Of a stretch of DNA of 64,000 nt, positions 53,521 through 64,000 are shown in pieces. Below the pieces are notes generated by a model. That model did no database searches. It was not told the origin of the DNA and saw only the letters and a program-made list of their open reading frames with translations. Location: NCBI GenBank assembly GCA_963775775.1, contig CAVZKF010000023.1:10163-74162 (forward strand), read 5' to 3'. The position numbers were made by a program, and so were the translations under genes. This DNA is from an uncultured Alphaproteobacteria bacterium (GTDB lineage Bacteria > Pseudomonadota > Alphaproteobacteria > Rhizobiales > Beijerinckiaceae). Each line of letters begins with the position of its first letter. Positions within the stretch are counted from its first letter, which is position 1.

Positions 53521-55701
53521 ATGCGCGCGGGCGAGCGGAATGGCGACGACAGCAGCGTGACGGGAGAGATCGATCTCGCGGGCATCGCGCGGGCCATATC
53601 CGCCAGGAGATGGTGGGTGATCGCGCCGACCCTGGCGATGTTCGTGGGTTCCGCGATATTCGTGAATACCGTCAAGCCGCGCTATAGCGCGGAGGCGCGG
53701 GTCCTTCTGGAAAATCAGGAAAACTTCATTCCGCGCGCGGACAAGACCGAGCGCGTCGCCGAAGTCCTGCCCGACCCCGAGGCGGTGCAAAGCCAGATTC
53801 AACTGCTGACCTCGCGCGACCTCGCGCGGCGAGTCATAAAGGCGCTCGACTTACAGGGGAACGACGAGTTCGATCCGCTCGCGAAGGGCATCGGCGCGAC
53901 GACGCGGGCGCTGGTGATGCTGGGACTGGCGCGCGATCCCACGCAAACGCCGCCCGAGGACCGCATTCTCGAAACCTTCGCGGATAAGCTCAACGTTCTT
54001 TCTCCGACCAAGACGCGCGTTCTCTCCATCGAGTTCACATCGCGCAACCCCGATCTCGCGGCCAAGGGCGCCAACGCGGTCGCCGAGGCCTATCTCGAAT
54101 TTCAGCAGGACGCCAAACGAGACCACGCGCGGGGCGCCGCCAATTCATTGGCCGCGCTGGTGGCGCAGTTGCGCGCCCACGTTGCCGAGGCCGAGGAGCA
54201 GGCCGAGCAGTTTCGCGTGAAGTCCGGACTGCTCGTCGGCTCCAACAACACGACGATCAACGCGCAGCATTTGAGCGATCTCAACACGCAGCTGTCGCTG
54301 TCACGCTCGGCGCAAGCGGACGCCCAGGCGAAGGCGCGATTGCTGCGCGAGATGCTGCGGCAAAACCGGATCGGCGACATTCCCGATGTCGCCAATAACG
54401 AGGTGATTCGGCGATTGTTGGAGCAGCGAGTGACGCTGCGGGCTCAACTGGCGCTCGAGTCCCGCACGCTGCTGCCGGGCCACCCGCGCATCAAGGAATT
54501 GCAGGCCCAACTTCAGGATCTCGATGCGCAAGGCCGAGCGGCGGCCGAGCGCGTCGCGCGCACGTTGGAGAACGACGCCCGTATCGCCGGCGCCAGGGTC
54601 GAGAATCTGACGCGGGCGCTGGAAGAGCAGAAGACGGTGGTCGGCGCCGCCGACGCCGAGGACGTGCGGTTGCGCGAACTGGAGCGGACCGCGCGTCTCT
54701 ATAAGGAGCAGCTGGAGAGCGCCACGGCGAAATATCAGGAGGCCATGGCGCGGGAAAATTCCCAGGCCACGCCCCCCGACGCGCGCATTTTCCAACGCGC
54801 CCTGGCGCCGCAAATTCCTTCCTTCCCCAAGAAAATCCCGATTGTTTCCTTCGCGACCTTATCGGCGCTGATTCTCTCGATCGGCGGCATTTTAGCTGGC
54901 GAATTGCTTTCGGGGCGCCCGCGCGTCGCGCCTTCCGCGCCTCGCCTCGCGAGCGAGGCCGGGGATCTGGCGCCGGCGAACGGAGCAAGAGCAACCCCGA
55001 CGCTGACCGAGGACTATTCGCCCGCGCCGGCGGCGCCCGCCGCCAACGCGGACGGGGAGGAGAGCCAACCGGCGCCGGAACTCCGGCCTGAACCGACTTC
55101 GCGTTCCGAATCCGGCGACAGGCCGTCCGGCCCCGAGCGGACAATCGCCGCCAAGGCGCGGATTGTCGAGAAGATCGACACCGAACGTCTCTCCTCGCCC
55201 AGCGTCAAGGCGCTGATCTCTCGCGGCGACGACAGCCCCGCGGCGTCGGGGACCGCCCTCGCGGTGGCCCGCGCGTTGGCGCGTCGCGGAAGCGCCGTCC
55301 TCGTCGCGGCGGACGCCTCGGACAAGGCTTTCGACGGTCTGTTGGCGGGCGGCCTCGAAAATCCGAAGGGCTGGCGCGACCTGCTGTCGGGCGCCGCCGA
55401 ATTTGGCGAGGTCATTCACCGCGACGCGGGCTCGCGTCTGCATATCATTCCCGCCGGCGTCGACGAGGGCGAACCGCGATACGAGATCGCGATGACGGTG
55501 GAGGCGCTGGCGCGGACATATGATTTCGTGGTCTTCACGACGACCGACGCCGCCAATACGCTGCGCCTCGCGCCAATGTTCCACACGATTTTACTGCGGG
55601 ACGCGGACCCGGCGGCGGGAGAGCTGTTCGACGCGCTCTCGCGTTTCCACGCCGATGTGTCGCTGATCGAAGACGCGCCCGAGGAGCTTGTCGCGGCGTA
55701 G
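53521..55701 (+). CDS. GumC/Wzc-like polysaccharide co-polymerase with a degenerate kinase-like C-terminus
   Basis: EIDL, PRYSAEARV, coiled coil, PSFPKK; no intact Walker A motif. Confidence 0.85.
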   Translation: MRAGERNGDDSSVTGEIDLAGIARAISARRWWVIAPTLAMFVGSAIFVNTVKPRYSAEARVLLENQENFIPRADKTERVAEVLPDPEAVQSQIQLLTSRDLARRVIKALDLQGNDEFDPLAKGIGATTRALVMLGLARDPTQTPPEDRILETFADKLNVLSPTKTRVLSIEFTSRNPDLAAKGANAVAEAYLEFQQDAKRDHARGAANSLAALVAQLRAHVAEAEEQAEQFRVKSGLLVGSNNTTINAQHLSDLNTQLSLSRSAQADAQAKARLLREMLRQNRIGDIPDVANNEVIRRLLEQRVTLRAQLALESRTLLPGHPRIKELQAQLQDLDAQGRAAAERVARTLENDARIAGARVENLTRALEEQKTVVGAADAEDVRLRELERTARLYKEQLESATAKYQEAMARENSQATPPDARIFQRALAPQIPSFPKKIPIVSFATLSALILSIGGILAGELLSGRPRVAPSAPRLASEAGDLAPANGARATPTLTEDYSPAPAAPAANADGEESQPAPELRPEPTSRSESGDRPSGPERTIAAKARIVEKIDTERLSSPSVKALISRGDDSPAASGTALAVARALARRGSAVLVAADASDKAFDGLLAGGLENPKGWRDLLSGAAEFGEVIHRDAGSRLHIIPAGVDEGEPRYEIAMTVEALARTYDFVVFTTTDAANTLRLAPMFHTILLRDADPAAGELFDALSRFHADVSLIEDAPEELVAA

Positions 55702-55731
55702 GCCGGCGCGGCCGCTAAAATATGTGGCGGC

Positions 55732-56880
55732 TCAAAATCGGCGGAAGAGTCCGGATAGCCGCGCGCGCTCCGACAACCGCGACAACCAGGGCGTCTGCTT
55801 GATGCGCCTCTTGGCGTCGAGCAAGGTTCGCAGCAGGGGCGCCGCCAGCGCGCCGCGCGTCGTCACGGGGATGACGAGATCGTAAAGCACGATCGTTTCG
55901 TCGCAAACGGCGTCCTTGTAGCGCGCTTCGCCGACCCCGAGGTCGAAATAGGCGAAGCCGCGCGCAACGAGGTCCCGCATCACCGCGCGCAGAAGGATGT
56001 CGCCGGGGGAGCAGCGGGCGATATCCTCATCCTTGTCGTATGAATTGGCGAGGGCCGAAAACCGCCCGTCCATCGCGAGACCGACATAGGTCGCGATGAC
56101 CCTTCCGGACAAACGGAGCGCATGGACTTCCACCGCCCTAGCGTGGCAGGCGCGCTCGAGAAAAGCGCGCATCTCGGGGGCGTCGAAGACGCCGGCGGCG
56201 CCCTTGGCCGCGAGCAGAGCCGATTTTTGCGCGATCAAGGCCGCGATAACCTCGCGCGCGCGCGCGCCGCTCGCGCCATGCTCGAAGGTGAGCGCGCCAA
56301 GCTCCGCCAACCGCCTTTCCTTTTTGCGCAGCCTCTTGCGCGAGGCCTTGGAGGTTTGACAATCGAGCGCGTCGACATTGGCGGGCAGGGCGGTCCCATA
56401 GGCGAAGCTTGGGCTGGGGCAGGCGTCGCCGCCAAGCAGCGGGTTCTCGAAGGCGCCGAAGCCGCGGGGCTGGTTGCGCAGATAAAGGAGATCGGGGGGC
56501 TCTGGGCGGCCGCGCGCCGCCGCGAGCAGCAAGCCGCGCGGTTCGAGGCCGCCGCTGGGATGAAACAGTCCGATATTGAAGTTGCTTTCGCGACCGCACA
56601 AAAACTCGGCGACGCGCAGCCCGGCGGCTTGACGCGTCGCGAGTGGAAACAAGGCGAGCGGGCGCCCACCCGACCCGCGCGCGACGACGATCATCGGCTC
56701 GAAAGCGCGCGCCCGCCCGATCGTCTCGAACCAGGCGGCGACATAATCGTAATTTTGATAGGGGCTGACGGCCGCGGTTTCGCGAAGGGCGATCCAGTCC
56801 TCGCGCGCGTCGGAAAGACGGTCGAACACCACGAGGGATGGTTCAACGCGCTCGGTCGGCGTTTCCAGCTTTATAACCAT
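55732..56880 (-). CDS. GNAT (CelD/BcsL-like) acetyltransferase
   Basis: SPYQ, SPGDILL, FDLGVGEARYK. Confidence 0.85.
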   Translation of the reverse strand: MVIKLETPTERVEPSLVVFDRLSDAREDWIALRETAAVSPYQNYDYVAAWFETIGRARAFEPMIVVARGSGGRPLALFPLATRQAAGLRVAEFLCGRESNFNIGLFHPSGGLEPRGLLLAAARGRPEPPDLLYLRNQPRGFGAFENPLLGGDACPSPSFAYGTALPANVDALDCQTSKASRKRLRKKERRLAELGALTFEHGASGARAREVIAALIAQKSALLAAKGAAGVFDAPEMRAFLERACHARAVEVHALRLSGRVIATYVGLAMDGRFSALANSYDKDEDIARCSPGDILLRAVMRDLVARGFAYFDLGVGEARYKDAVCDETIVLYDLVIPVTTRGALAAPLLRTLLDAKRRIKQTPWLSRLSERARLSGLFRRF

Positions 56881-56989
56881 CCCGCTCACAAATCGTTCAG
56901 GCTTCGCGCCTATCCTTTCAAATAGCAACAAAAGGTCAACGAGAACTGGACAGGGTTCGAGCCAACGGATCTCGTTGGAGGGAACGGAT

Positions 56990-58052
56990 ATGCCGACCTG
57001 GCGGGAAATAGCGATCGACGCCGGCATGGGATTGTTTCGCGCGAGCGGAGCCCATCGACTGGCCGAGCCCTACACGCGGGGTCTAGGCGCGATCTTGATG
57101 TTTCATCGCGTGCATCACCGTCTCCAACACGGCTTCGAGCCCAATCGGGGGCTCGAAATTTCAATCGATTTTTTCGACGCCCTGCTCAAACATTTGCGCC
57201 AAAAAGGTTATCGCATTCTGTCGATGGACGACGCCCTGACGGAATTGCAAGGCGGCGGCGGCGACGAACGCGCGCCCTTTGTCGTGCTCACCTTCGACGA
57301 CGGCTACCGCGATCTCATCGAGCATGTTTTGCCGGTGCTGGAGCGCCATCGCGCGCCCATGACCGCCTATGTCACCTCCGGCTTCGCCGACGGCTCGGCG
57401 CGCATGTGGTGGGTGGAGCTTGAAGAGTCAATTCGCCGTTTGGATCGCGTCGACGTCGCCACGCTCGGGCGCCGCTTCGACGCTCCATGCGGCGACGCCG
57501 AGGAAAAAAGCCGGGCGTTCGCGGATCTCTACTGGCTCCTGCGCGACGGCTCCGAGGAGGAGCTATTGCGCGTGTCGCTGTCGCTCTGCGCGCGGGCCGG
57601 CGTGGAGCCCCGCCGGCTGACGTCGAGCCTGTGCCTCGATTGGCGAGGGCTCGCCGCAACTCGCGAGACACGAGCTTGTCACCATCGGCGCCCATTCGGT
57701 GACACATGCGCGTCTCGCCAAACTCGACGCCGACGCCTGCGCGCGGGAGATGGCCGACAGCCGCGCGGCGATCGCGCGCGAGATTGGGGTGGACGCGCGT
57801 CACTTTTGCTATCCGGTCGGCGACGCGACCTCGGCGGGAAAGCGCGAGTTCGACCTCGCGCGCGACCTTGGCTTCGTCAGCGCGGTGACCACGCGGCCCG
57901 GCATGATCTTCGCCGAGCACCGCGATCACCTGCTGGCGCTGCCGCGGCTTTCGATCAATGGCCGCCATCAAAGCCTCGATGAGGTCGACATTTTGCTGAC
58001 CGGCGCGCCTTTCGCCCTGATGAATCGCGGGCGGAAGGTTCTCGCGGCCTGA
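56990..58052 (+). CDS. Polysaccharide deacetylase (frameshift near 57660)
   Basis: ILMFHRV, LTFDDGYRD, HS.TH, FCYPVG. Confidence 0.9.
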
Positions 58053-58164
58053 GAACGCACGGAGCGGCGCAATTTCCTTCGACCCATTCGAATCTGGCCC
58101 GGACGAACTGGGCGCCTCGAAAGCGCGCGGCGTCGCCATCTCCCTGGCGGCGGGCGGCCTCGCC

Positions 58165-59039
58165 GTGTTCGTTGGAACCCTCGCGCCGCTGCTCCTCGCG
58201 CGGACGCGGGCCTCCGCGGAATTCGAGCCGTTGCGGGTCAATTCCGAGCAGATGTGGCGATGGGTCGATGAAGGCGAGAACGCCTTGGCGCGAGCGGCGG
58301 AACATGCGGGTCGGTTCGAGCTTCAGCACGCCGTCGAGTTGCAGACCCAAATCGCTTCCGCGATGATTTTGGCGCTCGTCGTCTATTTTCTCTGGCTCGG
58401 CTTGCGCAACAGGCGCTTGCGCGGCTGGTCGCCGTTTTTCTGGATCGCCGGCGTCGGGCTGGTGTTTTTCGCGCCGACCTTCGCGCCAAGCCTCACGCCG
58501 GCGCGTCTGGACTATCTCGCGACTTTTTGGATCGAAACGGAAGTCGCGCGTCGCGGCGCCACGCGCATATTCTCCCGCCCGAGAGCACGCTGATCGCGCG
58601 CGCCGTCGCCGCCGCGGTCGCCGCGGGCTTTCTGGCGCTGTGCGCGCATGATGTCGCTCATCGTCTGCGCGAGGCGCTTTGGGAATTTGGCTTTCTCGCG
58701 GACGACGACGAAGAATTTTCGCGGACCGCGCGATCCCGCGGCAGCGCGCGTTTCACGGCGGGACAAGGGAGGCCGGGCGAGTCGATGGGCTCCCCCGACG
58801 CCGAGGACGCCGACGCCAGGGGGTTCGGCCACCGCGATCCGGCCGAACTCGCCACGATGATGAGCAATCCCGAGGCGCGGGCCTGCGCCACTTTGGGCGT
58901 GCGGCTCGGCGCGAGCAAGGCCGAGATCGAGCGCGCCTATCGAACGAAAATGAAGCGCGCCCATCCCGATCACGGCGGCTCGGTCGCCCGCGCCGCCGCG
59001 CTCAACCAGGCGCGCGACCTGCTGTTGCCGCATGGATGA
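58165..59039 (+). CDS. Membrane protein with a C-terminal J-domain (frameshifted, start uncertain)
   Basis: TM segments, then LGV..GASKAEIERAYR...HPDHGGS. Confidence 0.6.
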
Positions 59040-59171
59040 ATTTGGCGGAGCCGAACCCTTCCGGATAAATTGATCTCGCAATAAACGTCAGCCCGCTTAT
59101 ATTCGGCGGATAGCGCGACCGCCTCGGCCTGAAGGCCACGCGGGCGTGGCGCGGTTTTTTCGGAGCAGTCG

Positions 59172-60407
59172 ATGACGCCCCTGGCCATGATGATCTGCGC
59201 CGCCATTGTTCTGTCCACGGGGCTCGGCGTTTACCTGCGGCTGCGGCAAATGGCCTTCGTCAGGCGTAACCGCGACGCCGCGCCGCGAGACTTCGCCAAG
59301 GAGGTGACGCTCGAGGAACACCGCCGGGCCGCCGACTACACGCTCGCGCGGACGCGATTTTCGATTTTCGAGACGGTCTACGACGGGATTCTCTCGCTGC
59401 TTTGGCTGCTTTTCTGGCTGGCGCCGCTCTATAATCTGATCGCGCGGGCGACGGCGCCGGGCCTGAACCGAAGCGTCGCCCTGTTCGTGGCCTTCGTGGC
59501 GCTCGCCGAATTACTGGCGATGCCCTTGTCGCTCGCCGACACTTTTTGGCTGGAGGCGCGTTTTGGCTTCAACCGCCAGAGCCTCGCCAGCTTCCTGGCC
59601 GACTGGCTCAAGGCCGGAGCGTTGCAACTGGCCATCGGCGCGCCGCTGCTTTACGCGATGTTCGCGCTGCTTCAGGCGGCGCCCGACTATTGGTGGCTAT
59701 GCGCCTTCGTCGGCTTCATGGCCTTTATCGTCGCGATGATGGCGGTCTATCCAACCTTTATCGCGCCATTGTTCAACAAATTCTCGCCGCTCCCCGAGGA
59801 CGATCTGCGGCGGCGGCTGGAGGCTCTGCTGCAAAAATGCGGGTTCGAGTTGCGCGGGCTCTATGTAATGGACGCCTCGACGCGATCCGCGCGCGGCAAC
59901 GCCTATTTCACCGGCTTCGGCAAGGCCAAGCGCATCGTGTTGTTCGACACGCTGCTCGCCAAGCATACGCCGGAAGAGATCGAATCGATTCTCGCCCATG
60001 AACTGGGCCACTTCAAATTCGGGCATATTCGCCAGATGCTGGCGATGGCGGCGGGCCTCGCTTTCGTCGGCTTTGCCGCGCTGCATTGGGCGCTGGGGCC
60101 GCAAGGGTTGTCGGTCGTCTTTTCGCTGCCGGCCGACCCCGGTCTGGCGTTGATTATCGCGGTGCTCGCCAAGGACCCGCTGATGCATATTCTTTCGCCG
60201 CTGATGGCGTGGCGCTCCCGCCGGGCCGAGTTCGAGGCCGACGACTTCGCCAAAAAGATGGTTGGCAAGGAGCCGATGATCGCGGCGCTGACGCGGCTCA
60301 CCCGCGACAATCTGGCGACGCTGACGCCCGACCGGCTTTACGCGCTATTCTACTATTCGCATCCGCCCGTGCCGGTCCGGGTTGCGCATCTGCGCGGCGA
60401 GGCGTAG
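59172..60407 (+). CDS. M48 (Ste24-like) metallopeptidase
   Basis: NAYFTGFG, AHELGH, EFEAD, YSHPP. Confidence 0.93.
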   Translation: MTPLAMMICAAIVLSTGLGVYLRLRQMAFVRRNRDAAPRDFAKEVTLEEHRRAADYTLARTRFSIFETVYDGILSLLWLLFWLAPLYNLIARATAPGLNRSVALFVAFVALAELLAMPLSLADTFWLEARFGFNRQSLASFLADWLKAGALQLAIGAPLLYAMFALLQAAPDYWWLCAFVGFMAFIVAMMAVYPTFIAPLFNKFSPLPEDDLRRRLEALLQKCGFELRGLYVMDASTRSARGNAYFTGFGKAKRIVLFDTLLAKHTPEEIESILAHELGHFKFGHIRQMLAMAAGLAFVGFAALHWALGPQGLSVVFSLPADPGLALIIAVLAKDPLMHILSPLMAWRSRRAEFEADDFAKKMVGKEPMIAALTRLTRDNLATLTPDRLYALFYYSHPPVPVRVAHLRGEA

Positions 60408-60475
60408 GGCTTCGCGCGCGCCGACACGCGATTTTGCGCGCTCTGTTTTGTTTTCGTTCCCCCACGAGCCGCCTC

Positions 60476-62266
60476 ATGTCCGATCCCCGCGGCGACGCCT
60501 TTGGGCGTCGAATGCTCCTTGCTAGGCCGGCGTTGGCAGGCGCGCCTCGATGCCGCCGGAGAGGCCCGGGCGGCGGCGATCGCGCAGGCGCACGGGCTCG
60601 ACGCCATCCTCGCTCGGGTGCTGGCGGGCAGGGGGGTGGGCGTTTCCGACGCGCCAGCCTATCTCAATCCGACGCTACGCGAATTAATGCCGGAACCGCT
60701 GACGCTGCGCGACATGGACCGCGCCGTCGGTCGTTTCGTCGAGGCGATCGAGGCCGGCGAACAAATCGCGATCTTCGGGGATTACGACGTGGACGGCGCC
60801 TGTTCGGCGGCCTTGCTGGCGCAATTTCTGACCGCCGCGGGGGCCCCGCCGCCCCATATTCATATCCCCGACCGGATTTTGGAGGGCTATGGCCCCAATG
60901 TCGCGGCCATCCGCGAATTGCACGCCCGAGGGGCTCGCGTGCTCGCGACGGTGGACTGCGGCACGACCAGCATCGAGGCGTTGGCGGAGGCGCGCGCGCT
61001 CGGGATCGAGACCATCGTGCTCGATCACCACCAGGCGCCGGAAATTTTGCCGCCGGCGATCGTCGTCAATCCAAACCGCCAGGACGACCTTTCGGGGCAG
61101 GGGCGGCTTTGCGCGGCGGGCGTGGTTTTTATGGCCCTGGCGGCGCTGAACCGCGAATTGCGGCGGCGCGGACATTGGACGCAGGCGCGGCCGGAGCCGG
61201 ACCTTTTGGCCGGGCTCGATCTCGTCGCTCTGGCGACCATCGCCGATGTCGCCTCCCTCACGGGTTTCAACCGCGCCCTGGTGGTCAGGGGGCTGGCGGT
61301 CATGCGCCAGCGCGGACGAGTTGGGCTCGCGGCGCTCATGGACGCCGCCCGAATGGATGGCCCTCCGAGGCCCTATCACCTCGGCTTCGTGCTCGGCCCG
61401 CGCATAAACGCCGGCGGGCGGATCGGCGACGCGGGGCTCGGCGCGCGCTTGCTGATGCTCGACGACAAGATCGAGGCGGCGAGGATCGCTCGGGAATTGG
61501 ACCGCCTCAACACCGAAAGACAGGCTCTCGAAAAAGTCACGCTTGAGTTCGCCGAGGGGCGGCGGAGCTGGAATTTCGTCGCTCCAACAAGCTCAACTGT
61601 CTCGTCGTGGGCAGCGAAGATTGGCATCCTGGCGTGGTCGGCTTGATCGCCTCAAGGTTAAAGGAGAAGTTTAAGATTCCTAGCTTTGCTATTGCTTTTA
61701 AAGAAGAAATTGGAACAGGTTCAGGTAGAAGTTTAAGTGGCGTCGATCTTGGCGGCGCGGTTCGTCGAGGGCTTGACGCCGGCGTGGCGGTCAAGGGCGG
61801 CGGCCACGCCATGGCCGCCGGCGTGACGCTCGCTCGCGGCGGTCTGGACGCCTTTCGCGATTTCATGAATCTGACTTTGGAACGGGAAGTCGAGGCCGGG
61901 CGCCGGGACGACGTTTTGCGCATCGACGCCGCGATTACCTTGCGCGGAGCCTCGAAGGAGTTCGCGCGAGGGGTTGGATTGGCTGGACCGTTCGGGCAGG
62001 GGAATAGCGAACCTGTTTTTGTGATGCCAGCCCTAACGGTGAGCCACGCCTCGGTGGTCGGCGCCCATCATGTGCGGGCGCGACTGCGCGCTGGCGACGG
62101 GGTGGAGATGGACGCGATCTGCTTTCGCGCGCTCGAATCTCCGCTCGGCGAGGCCTTGCTGCGCGGACGCGGCCAGAGCTTTCATGTCGCGGCGCGGCTG
62201 TCATTGGGCTCGTTTCGGGGCAATGAAAAGCTCGATGCGCAGATCGTGGACCTCGCCCCTTCATAA
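60476..62266 (+). CDS. recJ: ssDNA exonuclease RecJ (frameshifts near 60495 and 61560)
   Basis: GDYDVDG, DHH, GPRINAGGR, GGGHAMAAG. Confidence 0.95.
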
Positions 62267-62601
62267 GCGCCAGCCGCCGCCGAAGGGCGCCGGCGCGCTC
62301 CGAAACGCCCGACATTAACAACCGTTAATCAATTCAGGGCCGTCTCGAGCGGAGGTCAACGCCCCGCCTTTTCACCAGGATTTGGCGCAAGGCACGGATC
62401 GGGCCGCATTTTCGTCGCAATCGCGAGGCTCTCTAGTCGCTAGACCTTGGCCCATCGTTCGGTTTGGGGGCTCGGGCAATGTTAACGTCGATGTAATGAA
62501 ATTCAGACAGTCTGCGTGATTTGCGCGGGCGGGACCGTGGAAGCGCTTCTGGCTTGGCCGGGGCGGCGCTTCCAAGTGAACCCATTGGCAAGGACCGTGC
62601 G

Positions 62602-63615
62602 ATGCGATTGATTGGCGACGGAATGCGCGTGTCGGAGATTATGACTTACATCGATCCCTCGCGCATTTCGTCCGCGCCCGCTTTGCCGTTAAAAAAATCC
62701 GCCGCCCTGCTGGCGATGTTGGCTTTCGCCGGCTGCGCCGCCGCCCCACCGCCCGCGCAGCGCTACTCGAGCCGCGAGCAGGGCGCCATCGATCCCCGCT
62801 ACGGCGTGCGTCCAAGCCCCCGCGTCGTCGCCGACGGCGAGGAAGTCCCGCAAGGGGGCGGTCGCTATCAGGTCGGCAAGCCATATCAGATCGCCGGCAA
62901 GACCTATGTTCCGAGCGAGAAGCCCTACGCGGTCGTGGGAGCGGCTTCCTGGTACGGCTCGGATTTCCATGGCCGCAAGACGGCCAATGGCGAAGTTTTC
63001 GACCGCGCTTCGCTCAGCGCCGCGCATCCGACCATGCCGTTGCCGAGTTACGCCCGCGTCACCAATCTGCGCAATGCGCATTCCGTCATCGTGCGCGTCA
63101 ACGATCGCGGCCCCTATCATGGCGGCAGGGTGATGGACGTTTCCGAGCGCGTGGCCGAGGCGCTGGATTTTCGCTCCACCGGCACCGCGCGCGTAAAGGT
63201 CGAGTGGGTCGGACGCGCCGAGCTTTCGGGCTCCGACACCAATAAACTATTGGCGTCGCTGCGCACGGACGGCCAACCCGCCACGCTCGAGGGAATTGAG
63301 TCCCCCGTGATGGTCGCCGAGCGCGAGGCGCCAATGCGGACCGCTTATAATGAGCCTCCACGCCGTGATTTTGTCGATGGCGGGGACGGAGCCGCCGGTT
63401 CCTACGCCCCGGCCTCGGAGACGCAGGGCCGTTCCGGTCGGGACGAAATGACCGCTCTGGTCAAGAGCGTCGACGGGGAAGCCAACAATACGGGCTCCAT
63501 CTCATCGAGGGCGGGTTCGCGCTCGCCCGGGGCCATCGCCCCGCTGCCGCCCACCCGGCCGTTCGATCTCGGCGGCGCGTCAAGTCAAAAAGGCGTCAAG
63601 GAGGCGTCGAATTAA
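62602..63615 (+). CDS. rlpA: RlpA-family septal lytic transglycosylase lipoprotein (start uncertain)
   Basis: Lipobox FAGC, ASWYG, AAHPTMPLPSY, VRVNDRGP. Confidence 0.92.
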   Translation: MRLIGDGMRVSEIMTYIDPSRISSAPALPLKKSAALLAMLAFAGCAAAPPPAQRYSSREQGAIDPRYGVRPSPRVVADGEEVPQGGGRYQVGKPYQIAGKTYVPSEKPYAVVGAASWYGSDFHGRKTANGEVFDRASLSAAHPTMPLPSYARVTNLRNAHSVIVRVNDRGPYHGGRVMDVSERVAEALDFRSTGTARVKVEWVGRAELSGSDTNKLLASLRTDGQPATLEGIESPVMVAEREAPMRTAYNEPPRRDFVDGGDGAAGSYAPASETQGRSGRDEMTALVKSVDGEANNTGSISSRAGSRSPGAIAPLPPTRPFDLGGASSQKGVKEASN

Positions 63616-63788
63616 TCACGGGCTTTTTTTTTCGAAGTTTCGCGGCCTGGCGTCTTTAATAATCGCGAGGAAAGGTTACTTTTGCCGATGGAGTCGGCCG
63701 AGGCGCGGAGATTGCGTTCCGAGCGACGTCGCCGCATCCTTCATTGGTCGCGGCCGAAACCAAACAGGCGCCAAACGGAATCACGCAC

Positions 63789-64000
63789 GTGCCAAATAAG
63801 ATTGTTGGATATTTGCTATATATTGCTGTCGTCGCGGGGTTCTTGCTCGTGGCGGAAGCGCCGGTGCGGGCGCAGGGTTTCCAGACGAGCTTTCCCCACG
63901 CGATTTTGATTGACGCGGGTTCTGGGGCCGTTCTTTACGAAAAAGCGGCCGACGAATTGGTGACGCCCGCCTCCACGGTCAAGATCATGACCGCCGAACT
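63789..64000 (+). CDS. dacA: D-alanyl-D-alanine carboxypeptidase, 5' part (runs off the window)
   Basis: Signal peptide; AILIDAGSGAVLYEK...PASTVKIMT SxxK motif; follows rlpA. Confidence 0.85.
   Translation, partial: MPNKIVGYLLYIAVVAGFLLVAEAPVRAQGFQTSFPHAILIDAGSGAVLYEKAADELVTPASTVKIMTAE

Overview
GC-rich alphaproteobacterial chromosome segment. Hyphomicrobiales is likely, and the gene content (mch, cbb3 operon, UPP-like locus, rpoZ-spoT-pdxJ-acpS-lepB-rnc-era-recO) fits Methylocystaceae, but that taxonomy is inference. Positions 1-11252 are the right-hand part of a phage-related element lying against the 3' end of tRNA-Ala(CGC). It carries an excisionase/AlpA-like gene, a NUMOD3-like protein, two different replication-initiator-like genes with internal repeats and a shared C-terminal motif, three XRE domains and a four-operator switch. 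Its only recognisable virion genes are an HK97-type prohead protease and a tape-measure-like protein; no capsid, portal, terminase or tail tube gene is visible. This is the best candidate for an undescribed system (a satellite-like element). The rest is mostly core chromosome: yggT/yggU, mch, a decayed ParDE-like pair, dnaB, an APC permease, beta-carbonic anhydrase, an FNR/FixK-boxed ccoNOQP-GHIS cluster, a two-gene GT-C glycosyltransferase islet beside an IS1380 remnant, slt, dapA, smpB, NYN, the rpoZ-recO cluster, asmA, a UPP-like polysaccharide locus, an M48 peptidase, recJ (with an unexplained AT-rich internal patch), rlpA and the start of dacA. Many conserved genes are split by small frameshifts, most likely sequencing or assembly indels, so joined coordinates are given for these and protein calls come from motif recognition by eye, not database searches.
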